The position numbers and the translations under genes were made by a program. Of a DNA stretch of 64,000 nt, positions 12,551-23,625 are shown piece after piece. This DNA is from Mobula birostris (lineage: Eukaryota): contig NC_092379.1 of NCBI RefSeq assembly GCF_030028105.1, positions 28,389,821-28,453,820 on the forward strand, in the 5' to 3' direction. Within the stretch, counting starts at the first letter, position 1. Every line of letters starts with the position of its first letter. The notes beneath the pieces were generated by a model. The model made no database searches, was not told where the DNA came from, and saw nothing but the letters and a program-made list of their open reading frames with translations.

Positions 12551-14827
12551 TGTCATGATCCGGTCTGTGAAGTCCGTATTCAGGTTCACTGTCCAGTCCA
12601 TCGAACCTTGCTCCTGGTTTTCCTGTCTAACCTGTCTCTGTTCCTGTTGAGAACTAATTGAGGCAGCTGATGGTCGTTGGGGCTAGCTGCATAAATACCT
12701 CTAGAGACCAGGCGTGGCTGCTGGATTGTTCTTGTTCTTACTCCTTGTATCCCTTCCCCTGCCTTCTATTTTCTCGCCTGAAGCCCTGCCTGGTCTTGCC
12801 GGTAACTCTCGCCTCGTCTCGCCTGTAGTCTTGTCCTGGATCCATCCCGTACCGAGCTCTTTTCCCGTCTCTTGTCCCCGCCGGGTAAATCAGCCCGTCT
12901 TACCATTATTCTGCGGTTGCTTCTGTCCCTTCCTGTTCCTTACCTCAGTTAGGTAAGCCAGGCGGTATTGCCGTTACCTACGGTTGGTTCTGTCCCTTCC
13001 CAACCTTTGCCTCCGTCGGGTAAGCCTGGCCGTCTTGCCGTTACCTGCAGGTTGGTTCTGTACCTTCCTGTCCCTTGCCTCCGTCGGCTGGAGATCCGCG
13101 CCCTGCCCAGGAGGAGCTTCCAGACTCCAGCTCGCCTCTAGTCTCCAGCCTCCAGCCTCACCTCCAGACTCCAGTCTCCAGCCTCGACTCCAGTCTCCCG
13201 CCTCCAGCCTCGCCTCCATTCTCCAGCCTCCAGCTTCGCCTCCAGTCTCCAGCCTCCAGCCTCGCCTCCATTCTGCAGCCTCCAGCCTCCAGCCTCGCCT
13301 CCAGATTCCAGCCTTCAGCGTCGCCTCCAGTCACCTGCCTCCAGCCTCGCCTCCAGTCGCCTGCTTCCAGCCTCGCGTCCTGTCTCTAGCCAACCCTCGC
13401 CTCAAGTCTCTAGCCTCAAGCCTGAAGACTTCAGCCTTGTCCTGCCTGCTAGCCAAGCCTCGTCCTTGTCTAGTTCTGGGGACCGAGCAACAGGCAAGAA
13501 TCAGGTACTGGGTCCTTGTCCAGTCTCTGGCTCGGATTGCAAGCCCGGGTTCCTAGCTCTCTGGTCCAGTCCTGTAACGCGCTCCCGGTTTTCGTGTCCA
13601 TGCCCTTGCCCTCACCCTGTATCCTGTTCTTGTCCCTAATACTTCAGTGTCTGTGTCTTGCATTTGGGTCTATTTCCAACACCCCATTATGACAGAAAAA
13701 TCCAGCCTCCCATGGACCTAGCTACACCGACACTGTAATTTTCCTCTTGCCACCCGGGGTACCTTTCTGTTAAATACCCTCCTACCCGCCAGGGTCGTCC
13801 ATAGTCTGTATACCCTGTGTGGTCGCCAGGATGCTCAAGTAGAAGGGTGGGGGGGGGGGTGATACTGTCATCGTCCGGTCGGTAAAGTCCGTATTCCGGT
13901 TCACAGCCTGGTCCATCGACCCTTGGCAGCTGATGCTCGTTGGAGCTGGCTGCATAAACACCTCCAGAGACCAGGGCGTGGCTGCTGGATTGATCTTGTC
14001 CTTACTCATTCTATCCCTTCTCCTGCCTTCTGTTTCCTCGCCTGAAGCCCTGCCCTTCTCTTGCCGGCAACTCTCGCCTCGCCTGAAGTTCTTGTCCCGC
14101 CTTGCATTTCCTGAAGCCTTGCCTTGTCTTGCTGGTAACTTTCGGCTCGTCTCGTCTGCAGTCTTGTCCTGGAGCCACCCCGTACCTAGCTCTGTTCCTG
14201 TTCCTTGTCTCCGTCGGGTAATTCAGGCCGTCTTGTCACTAACACGCGGTTGGTTCTGTCCCTTCCTGTCCGTTGACTCCGTCGGGTAAGCCAGACCGTC
14301 TTGCCGTTACCTGCGGTTGGTTTTGTCCTGTCCTTTTCCTTGCCACCGTCGGATGGAGATCCGCGCACAGCTGAGGAGAACCTTCAAGACACCAGCCTCG
14401 CCACTAGTCTCCAGCTCCAGCCTCTCCTCTAGTCTCCAGCCTCCCCTACAGTCCCCCACCTCCAGACTCGCCTCCAGCCTCTCCTCCAGCCCCCTGCCTC
14501 CAGCCTCACCTCCAGTCTCTCGCCAAACCTCGCCTCAGTTCTCTAGCCTCAAGCCTGAAGACTCCAGCCTCGTCCTGCCTGACAGCCAAGCCTCGTCCTT
14601 GCCTAGTTCTGGGGTCCGAGCCAGAAGCAAGACCCAGGTACTGGGTCCTTGTCCAGTCTCTCACTCGGAGTCCAAGCCCGGGATCCTAGATCTCTTGTCC
14701 AGTCCTGTTCCGGGTTCCCGGTTTTCGTATCCATGCCCTTGTCCTCACCCTGTATCCTACTCCTGCCCCTCGTACCTCAATGCCTGTGGCTTGCATTTGG
14801 GTCTGTTTCCAGCACCCCATTATGACA
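12551..14827 (+). mobile_element. Two-LTR miniature Gypsy element: LTR 12551-13694, 171-bp internal region, LTR 13866-14827
   Basis: Both LTRs run TGTCA...TGACA. The internal region starts with a PBS-like GAAAAATCCAGC and a gag-like ATGGACCTAGC, and ends with a PPT (AAGTAGAAGGGTGGGGGGGGGGG) just before the 3' LTR. Confidence 0.85.
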
Positions 14828-15033
14828 GGGAGATAGAGTTGACGTGGATGGGCTTTTTCCATTGAGAGTGGGGGCGATTCCAACCAGAGGACGTGAGTTG
14901 AGATTTAAAGGGCAAACGTTTAGGGGTAAAATGAGGGGGGGGGGAACTTCCTTACTCAGAGAGAGTGGTAGCTGTGTGGAATGGGCTTCCAGCAGAAGTG
15001 GTTGATCCAGGATCGATGTTGTCATTTGAAGTT
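14828..15033 (+). mobile_element. CR1 ORF2 3' fragment, unit B, 3' half
   Basis: Continues the CR1 sequence broken at 12550 (gatagagttgacgtggat...ttactcagagagtgg). Confidence 0.85.
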
Positions 15034-15491
15034 AAAAAAAAATATTTTTTTTTTGTTTGTTTGTTGTTATAGCCAATAATACATGAAGGAAATTAGACTT
15101 TCTTTAACTTCATACGCATATTAAATATGTTTTCAGGATTTCCTGCGTTCTTGAGATGGCAAGCTTCGTCAAAACAGAAAATGAAACAATCACGAGACAA
15201 CTGGTGTTTACTTTGTAAATTCTTTACTTTTCATTTTCCAGATCTGCCTACCTGAGAGAACATATGGAACCCATTTATTAAATGTGCGCCAAAATCGTCC
15301 TTAGGGGTAATTAAAGGAGCGAAGACAACAAATATTTCTACAAACGTAAGAAAACGGTCTCAAAATGCCTGCTAGTATTAGATTCAGTGCGTTATATTAG
15401 TTAATCCTCTTTTTTATGCTACAGGGCTCTTTAACTTTTTTTGTAGAAGTCGGATCTGCGAGGCACTCTGGTCATGTACTCTGTATATTAC

Positions 15492-16102
15492 ACGCACAAA
15501 ATAGTCTGCAGATGCTGGGATCAAAGCAACACTCACAACACGCTGGAGGATCTCAGCACGTCGGGCAGCATCAGTGGAAACGATGAGTCGACGTTTCGGG
15601 CTCAAACCTTCGTCAGAAGTAAAGAAAATACATTCCACCAGATGTCAGCAGAGCTTTATTAATTCTCTCACGAGAATTGTTCCTTTATTGGATTTTTGCA
15701 GAAGCTTCCACGCCAGCTGGGTGATCACAACTATTCCGTCTTTTATAATTGCCGACAAACGTAAAATAAACATAATAAAACAAACAATTTTTAAACTTGC
15801 ATTTTGTTACTCAGAGAGTGGTAGCTGTGTGGAACGAGTTTGCAGCAGAAGTGGTCGAGGCAGATTCGATGCTGTCATTTAAAGTTTAAAAAAAAACATT
15901 TTTTTTTTCGGTTTGTTTGTTGTTATAGCCAATAGTAAGTGAAGGGACTTGCATTTTTTATTATGATTATTACGGGTATATTTTTAAAATAGTTAACCGT
16001 TCGTTATTGTCCTGACGAACGGTTCCGGCCCGAAACGCCGACTTAACGTTTCCACTGATGCTGCCCGACCTGCTGATTTCCTCCAACGTGTTGTGAGTGT
16101 TG
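15492..16102. mobile_element. Cassette with inverted Penelope-like terminal repeats enclosing captured local sequence, unit B
   Basis: 13-bp direct repeat CTCTGTATATTAC at 15479-15491 and 16103-16115. The ends are inverted copies of the gctggaggatctcagc...cgacgtttcggg repeat, also seen at 50885 and 56712. Confidence 0.7.
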
Positions 16103-18697
16103 CTCTGTATATTACCCTAGTTCGTAACACATTGGAATATTTATCAGACATATGACGAATAGCATAAATTCTTCTTCACACCGCACAGATGCTGTCTGAA
16201 TTTGTGGATGTTAGTTGGCGCGGTATGTTGCGTTTGACATGGATTTACATTAAAATGGAAAGCGCGACTATCTTTGATCGTGTCATATTAATCGTGACCA
16301 TGCAGTGCCCTTGTGTACGTGATCCTATTTAATGATGTACACACACTCTCTCCATATTACAGCAACTAATCTGATGCTGGCCTTGCGTCTGTTTTAACTG
16401 TGGTCGTCTAACAAACTCCGTGACAGTTACCGAGCACTTTATAGCATTCACAAATTTTATACAGGCAGCTGCAGAAGTAACGAAAGAACGTAGACATAAA
16501 CGCTTCATAGGACCCCAGCTGCAAATGCGTTGGACTGAGTTATTGGATAATCTATTCTTATTCCCACGACAGAGATGGAGCAGTTCCATTAACGTTCAGA
16601 GGCTCTGTTCCCTGTTTAGTGCCCGATGTGTGTTTCACACTGTTTGTAACAGAGCCATAATGCAGAGATGTACGCAATAGCTGTGCGAAGATTCATCCGC
16701 TTTCTCTCAACTTGATCTCCACAAAGAAATACCACGCGGAGTCAGTCAGCTGCACAGCTGCCGTAGTCAGTAGCTGCTCCTTCTCAATAACTGAACTGCA
16801 TCAGTAAGACGACAATTAGCGAATTACGCCGGATGTTCATAGTCTCCAACAGCTGGTGATCGCATGGCAAACTCCGTTTGTCTGTCCGGAATATTTTGCG
16901 AAGACAAAATAAATTAAAGGAAAATGATGCAGTGATGTGCTTTCATTTTTGTCCAATAACTTTTGCTGTGTTATTGATTCGGCATTGTTCAGTCCGGTTA
17001 CATGATTAAAATGTGAAAAAAATGCACTCTGTTGTCTCGCAGCATTGAAGATATCGAATCTCCAGAATACATCATAAAGAATGGGACAGCACCTCTCTAT
17101 GTTTCGCAGAACATATCACTTCTCATTTTACAAGAGCAGCTTGACGCCATTCCCTTCTATCTGTTTTATTTATTTTTATAGCATATACACAGTATGAGAT
17201 CGGTTTTAATTCAAAAAATATTTCAAATTTAGGTTGAAAAAGTTTTTTTTTAATTAGAGTACGATAATATATGAGATATTGAATCAAAAGTCGAGATGGA
17301 TTGCACTTTCTAAGTCCATGCTTTCGAGATCGTCACAGTTTGAAAACATCGTCTGTTTAGGTATTCCTCATGGTCATACAATCCAGGATTGGTTTGAATA
17401 GAATGGATTTACATTTTTCCACAATGCCTCTCTTAATGGGGATTTTGTTTACTTCTGATATCACGACACTTTATGATATTTCAAAATCGTTAGTATTCTT
17501 GTCAATGAAGAACGACACACACAGCAAACCAAGATCAAGTCGTCGCATGCCTCTGCTCCCAAAATTACGGAATTGCATTTTGATATTTTCGAGTTGTGAG
17601 TCATTAATGAAACCCTGCGGAAAAAAGTCCACTAGGATGGTAACATCATATGCTGCAGAAAAATCGCAAGAAACAAGATGTCTTTCTGGTTTTATTTGTT
17701 TATTTCAGTTCTCCTCCTCAGAAAATAGGTGCGTGATAAATTCATATAAATTAGGCCGGAAATTCGCTGATTAATCTCAACATTCTCCGAAAGTAGATGT
17801 TGCTTATATCCTGTCATATACAAACGTATTTCTACGTATATCCATCGATCATTTATACCCACAAGCTGGACGTTGAACAACTTCATAGTCGGGAACATTC
17901 AGGCCTGGGTCACGAGGGAAAAGCGCTTCATCGAGAGTTCCGTTTGTCCGCAGTTATAAACGACCGAAACATTGGGGACACCCAGCTGGCGTGGTGCTTC
18001 TGTGAAAATCGAAGAAGGAACAGTCTCGTGAGGGAATTACTAAAGTTCTGCTGACATCTGGTGGAATGTATTTTATTTGTTCACGGCGCTCTTACATGAA
18101 AGTTACTGCCTCCTTCACGTCTCAGCAGCTTATACACAAAGGATCATACTTATATCCGCGTAATTTATTGGTAAGTTATTCAGGGAAAAGCTACTCGCAT
18201 AGGCTGCACTTGAACCCGTTAAGATATCGTGCGCCTTGCTGCTTGCTCATGTCTGCTTTTCAGTTAAATTATGACGTCTCTGTGTTCTGCCAGTTTGCCA
18301 CTACAGAGAAAAGTTAAGGCTGTAATTTCGTCTTATCCTCCTCCTCGGTTTCGGTACCATCCCTTCACCGTCTGCTTCGATGAGTAATCGCAATTTGATG
18401 GCAGTCTTCTCCACGACAATTGCCGCCTGCCCTGCACTCGTTTGTCGATGAGTGGCGCTTCACTATTAATGGCAGCTCTAAAGTTGTTGACTCCTATGTT
18501 CTGCACTTCTGTGGTCGCCTCTGCAAAATTTTATTTCCTGCATTTCGAATGAACGTCCTTTCGTATTGAGTATTTGGAGATTTAACACCTTGCGTTGCCT
18601 CTTGTGATTGGTCGGTTTGTCCAAAGTATGTGTATTTCTCCTGTTGCAATGAGTTTCCACCTGGAGTCACGGAAGTACAGATACAAACAAAGTGAAT

Positions 18698-19197
18698 ATG
18701 GCAAACTGCCTCATGCAGGTCTTCATTATTGTTTTTCTTCTGGGTAAGGTATTCCTTCACTGTATTATTCCAGACCTTCCTAATTCTCTGTAACCTCGTG
18801 TTATTTTCTTTGTTTGTTTGTTTGTATTTTCTCTCGATTTAAGTAACATGTTGTTCGCAGTGGAACTTATGATGTATTGTTTATTTTACTTTTAGACTGG
18901 AGCCTTGAAGACTCAATAGAACAGTCAGTAGTTGCAATGACATTTGAAGAAGAAAGTAATATTACCCTAAGCTGTACTTTGCAAACAAGTGAGGCACTCC
19001 CGAATGTTTTCTGGTACAGGCAGTGCACCGGACAGCGACCACAGTATTTAATTCGGATTATCGCAGGAATGGTATATCGAAATGAACATGTAACCTACCG
19101 ACTATTTGCTTCCTATGATAAAAGTAAAAAATATACTGAACTGTCGATTAACAGCACCATACTCTCTGACTCGGCCACATACCTCTGCGCGATGAGC
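18698..19197 (+). CDS. TRAV/DV: TCR alpha/delta V segment V2 (leader 18698-18743, V exon 18896-19197); intact, extra Cys in FR2
   Basis: MANCLMQVFIIVFLL-DWSLEDSIEQ...LSC...VFWYRQCTGQ...DSATYLCAMS; GT-AG intron. Confidence 0.93.
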
Positions 19198-19235
19198 CAC
19201 GGTGCTTAAAAATCTGAATTATTCGAACAAAAACA
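19198..19235 (+). other. RSS (23-class) of V2
   Basis: CACGGTG, 22-nt spacer, ACAAAAACA. Confidence 0.92.
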
Positions 19236-19250
19236 CTCTACCTCGAGAGC

Positions 19251-19264
19251 TGCATAGAGGGCGA
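19251..19264 (+). promoter_or_regulatory. CTCF-like motif 3' of V2 RSS (weaker match)
   Basis: TGCATAGAGGGCGA; 15 nt after the nonamer because of a local deletion. Confidence 0.4.
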
Positions 19265-19821
19265 ACAAATCAAGACGAACATAAATGCTGACTGAATCAC
19301 AAAGGTTTAGTCTTATATTTCATATGATGTTACTGCTAATTTCTCGAACCTGTGATATATCCAGTTGGCATTGGTAATGGATCCTATTGCTGTAAGGTAG
19401 CTGTAACTGTGAGACAAATCACTTCAACTTAAGCGATTTTCCTGTGTTACTTGATTTCATTGACTAATCACCTTTTAAAAGCCAGCGTCAGATAGTTTCC
19501 GATATAAACAAATACTGCGTGTAATTGAATTCGCCGAGTTTCATTTTCAAAAGTTACATCTAGCGTTAATTCCCATACACGATGCGTTGTGTTTACCGAC
19601 AAATTTAAATTCGTTCTCACAAAAAAAAGTTTAAGTCGCAATATATTTGTTTTAACACATCTGCAATTCAAAACATTGTACAATTGTCAACATGAATGGC
19701 GCTTACTCTCAGAAATTAGGTCACTTTATGCGCAGGTGGAGATTTGGAGACAATGACTCCTTAGACTGCATCTTCGGCAACAGCTCTCTTCTACCTTTTA
19801 TATCTCTACCTTTTCCCTTTC

Positions 19822-20534
19822 AGGGTTCTTTTTTTACACCCTCACCTGCGGGTACTCGCTGTCGTCGGTTCGTTGCGGGAACTGGTCCGACTTTTGGGGT
19901 CGTCCGACTGGCCGTTATTCGAAATGCCAAGAACGCTGCCAGGCAGATTAGCACGTCTTCGGAGTTTCGGGATTTGATGGCGCTGGAGGTGGGCGGCCTC
20001 GAGGTCGATGCCAATGCAGGATATTGCCGTTTCGTGGAGACGGAAGATATCCGACAGTGTGCCCAGAGACCCGAGATCTTTGGGCACAGAGATCGGAAAA
20101 AAGCAGCGCAACGGACTTTTAACATTGTAATTCACTGAGCTGTTTGTTACGTCTCGCTTCTCGCTGTGAACGGTAGATACTTCTTTTTTCACTTATCAGG
20201 AAGAGAGAGAGAGGCTGTGGTATGTGGAATTCCGTGTGAATTAATAGTCTTTGGGGTACTGCAAGTCTGTCTGATCAATAATGCTTTGTGGAACACCTGA
20301 TGCCCGGTGGAAGGCGCTGATGCTCTTTCGCTGGTGGGAGCGGGAGATTGTTGCTCTGCTGGTACTTAGTCGTTCGAGGAAGGAGTGAAGGTGGGGAGCT
20401 TTCGGATTCCAGCATTTAACTCTCATTCATTCTGTGTGGCACTCCTCTGTTTTCGTGTATGTTTCCGAAGAAAAAAATAATATTCAAGGATGTATATTGT
20501 ATACATCTCTCTGACAGTAAATGTACCTTTGAAA
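19822..20534 (+). repeat. Retroposon-like repeat, unit copy C
   Basis: Homologous to 1391-2093. Confidence 0.45.
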
Positions 20535-20651
20535 CTGACACCTTCCCCGCAGAATTCTTAGCAGCGTTGACGCCACGAGGCTTGCTTGAGTGGAGCATTG
20601 TGCATTGTATTTGCAAAAGTTACAGCAAGAGTCTACTGAAATTCATCATTC

Positions 20652-22115
20652 TGTCATAGAGGGGGCGCTGGGAGCGGACCCAAATGGAAGACACAGACAC
20701 TGAAGTATTAGGAACAGGACAGGACTAGAGTTCCGGACGTGACTAGATGCAGACTAGCAGCGTGGACAAGAACACAGACTTGGGCCAGGATATTGGATAG
20801 GCAAGCGGGACCAGGACAAGGAACTGGGAACTAGGAGCCTGAACATGGACTCCGAGCCAGAGACTGGGCAAGGAACCAGCAACTGGGCCTTGACTCGGGC
20901 TCGTCCCCGGAACTAGTCGAGGACATGACGTAGCTACAAGACTAAACATGGCTTGGGTTCCTCCAGGCGAGGTCATGACGATGCTTGGGTTCCTCGTGGC
21001 GGGGATTTGACAAGGCTTGTGTTCCTAGATGCAAGGACATGACGAGGCTTGGGTTCCTAGAGGCTAGGACATGACAAGGTTTCGGTTCATCAAGGCTAGG
21101 ACCTGACAAGAATTGGGCTCCTAGAGGCGAGCAAATGACGAGGCTTGGGTTCTTCGGAGACAGGACATGACGAGCCTTGGGTTCGGTCTCCGAGCCAGAG
21201 GCTGGACAAGGACGCAGAACCTGGGTATTGATCGGGCTCAGACTCCGGAAGTAGACGAAGACATGACGTGGTCTTTGTATAGCGGACTAGGCGAGGCTAC
21301 AGGACAGAACAAGAGACTCCTGGACAAGACGAGGGAACTCCAGCACAAGGCGAGACACATGGACAGGACGGGAAAATGAAACCTTGACTTACACAGGAAA
21401 GCAGAGCCTTGTCGAAGGAGATAGGAAAGCAGAGCCTTGGTGAGACATGGAACACAGAGCTGGGACCCCTCCTTGGGAACAGCACTTTGGACCGGTGATC
21501 TACACAGAGTCAGCATCCCACCTGGGGAACAAAATGTAGGGCCGGGTTAGGTGCACAGTTCCGACAGAAGGTAGCAGCAAACGGCCGGACCTAAAGAACG
21601 AAGGCGTGGACACAGAGACGGTTGTCAACACGAGGTAGCGCCAACCGCCCGGACCTACCTAGCGAAGACGTGGACACAGACACAGTTCTCAATACTGGGT
21701 AGCGTCAAACGGCTGGACCTACCTAGTGAAGGCGTGGACACAGAGAGACAGCTCCAAGCAACGATAGACAGTTCCTTTCCTCCCTCCGGCAGCTGAACAC
21801 GACAGCAGTGCAGGCAAAGGTTGCATGCAAGCGTTACAGATGAGGCAAGGGTCCAGGCACTGGTTGCAGGGCAAGGCTTCAAGAGGAAGGGGCAGAGATG
21901 GGATTCAGACAGAGGGTGTGAACAGGAACAATCCAGCAACTGAAGCTGAACCAAGGAGCTATTTATATAGCCAGCCCAAAATATAAATCAGCTGACTCAA
22001 TTAGAGCAGCCGGCAGAAAAAAAGCGAAAACCAGAAAACCTGGAATAACTTGGATTAACCAACGATGGACCGGACCGTCAACCGGAATCTGGACTTCACG
22101 GACAGGACCACGACA
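20652..22115 (-). mobile_element. Gypsy solo LTR, unit C
   Basis: TGTCA...CGACA; flanks CATTC and CAATC. Confidence 0.85.
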
Positions 22116-22230
22116 CAATCAGGTTTTAATCTGTGGTAAGTCAATCTGGAGTATCGAACATTTTGACAGAATATCCACCAAAATCGCCTTATTGGATCTG
22201 CACGATTATTGTCATTAATATCTTAGTTGG

Positions 22231-22542
22231 GTGGGCACGTGTCCAAGTGGTTATGGCATTTGACTAGCGACCTGAAGGTCGAGAGTTCGAGCACCAGCCG
22301 AGAAAACATGTTGTGTCCTTGAGCAAGATACTTAATCAAACATTACTCTGCGACGACACCGGTGCCAAGCTGTATGGGTCCTAATTCCTTTCCCTTGGAC
22401 AATATTGGTGTCGAGGAGAGGGGAGACTTGCAGCATGGGCAACTGCTGATCTTCCGTACAACGTTGTCCAGGTCTGCGCCCTGGGGAGAGAAGACTTTCC
22501 AGGCGCAGATCCATGGTCTCGCAAGACTAAGAGGTGCCTTAG
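22231..22542 (+). mobile_element. tRNA-derived SINE, unit C
   Basis: A box TGTCCAAGTGG and B box GTTCGAGCACC; TSD as in the other units. Confidence 0.85.
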
Positions 22543-23118
22543 AATTCCTTAGTTGAATGTAAAGTGCGTTTTCACATTTCATGAAAATGCACTCGTCATG
22601 TAATATCTCCTAAAATTGTCCTCTGCATTCTGTCGTTCAATTGACAATTTTAGCCGATCATCAGAAGCCACTGTACTGGAACTTTCGATCAGTTCGGCAG
22701 TACATCTTCGGCTAGCAGATTGCCCTAATACCTGTAGACTCAGTTTTGCTAAACGTCTTGACGTAAATAATCAGCACATTTTATCCTGAAACAAGTACTT
22801 TGTGTTGAAAAGCTATATTTTCTGTTACTGGAAAAGTAAACACGAAGTAATACAAATGTTATTATTCCAATCCCAGAAATAAAGATTAAAGGCATAGTCT
22901 TTCCTAAATGTCCTGACGTTTGTCAGAGTCTTCCATTCGACAGCCGCCTCCTCCTCCAGTCCAGTCATTATCGAGATGGGTATCCTAATTCCCCCCTTAT
23001 ATAAGGTCACTAAACTGCGCAGTAATGACCGCCGAGGCCGTTGTGCTCATACCTAAAGTTTATTGCACCTCGTTTGAGCATTTTATTGAAGTATTATCTA
23101 GTGTGGCTATATGTATAT

Positions 23119-23625
23119 CTCATGTGGATAGAGTGGTGAAGAAAGTATGCTGGCCTTTATAAATCAGAGCGTTGAGTATAGGAGTTGGGATGTAATGTTC
23201 TAATTGTACAAGGCATTGTTAAGGTCAAATTTGGAGTATTGTGTACAGCTGTGTTCACCGAATGATAGAAAAGATATGAACAAAATTGAGGGTACAGGGA
23301 AGATATACGGGAATGTTACCTGGGTTTCATCTCCTAAGTTACAGAGAAAGATTGAACAAGTTAGGTCTTTATTCTTTGATGCGTAGAAGGTTGAGATGGG
23401 ACTTGGTAGAGGTATTTAAATTATGAGGAGGATAGAGGTGACGTGGATAGGCTTTTTCCATTGATAGTCGGGGAGATTCAAACAAGAGGACATGAGTTGA
23501 GAGTTAAAGGGCAAAGGTTTATGGGTTACATGAGGGGGAACTTATTTAATCAAAGGGTGGTTGCTGTGTGGAACAAGCTTCAAGCAGAAGTAGTTGAGGC
23601 AGGTTCGATGTTGTCATATAAAGTT
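23119..23625 (+). mobile_element. CR1 ORF2 3' fragment, unit C
   Basis: YKALLRSNLEYCVQL and RGNLFNQRVVAVWNKLQAEVVEAG. Confidence 0.85.

Noticed and set aside
12984-13556. Long ORFs with SSLQP repeats (also 14317-14865 and 29209-29943)
   Set aside because: These are by-products of stop-poor tandem repeats inside LTRs; frames are not conserved between copies.
19808-19823. Splice acceptor (ttttccctttcag) for a hidden exon downstream of V
   Set aside because: The AG is not conserved in paralogous units (caa, cat) and the downstream frames differ.
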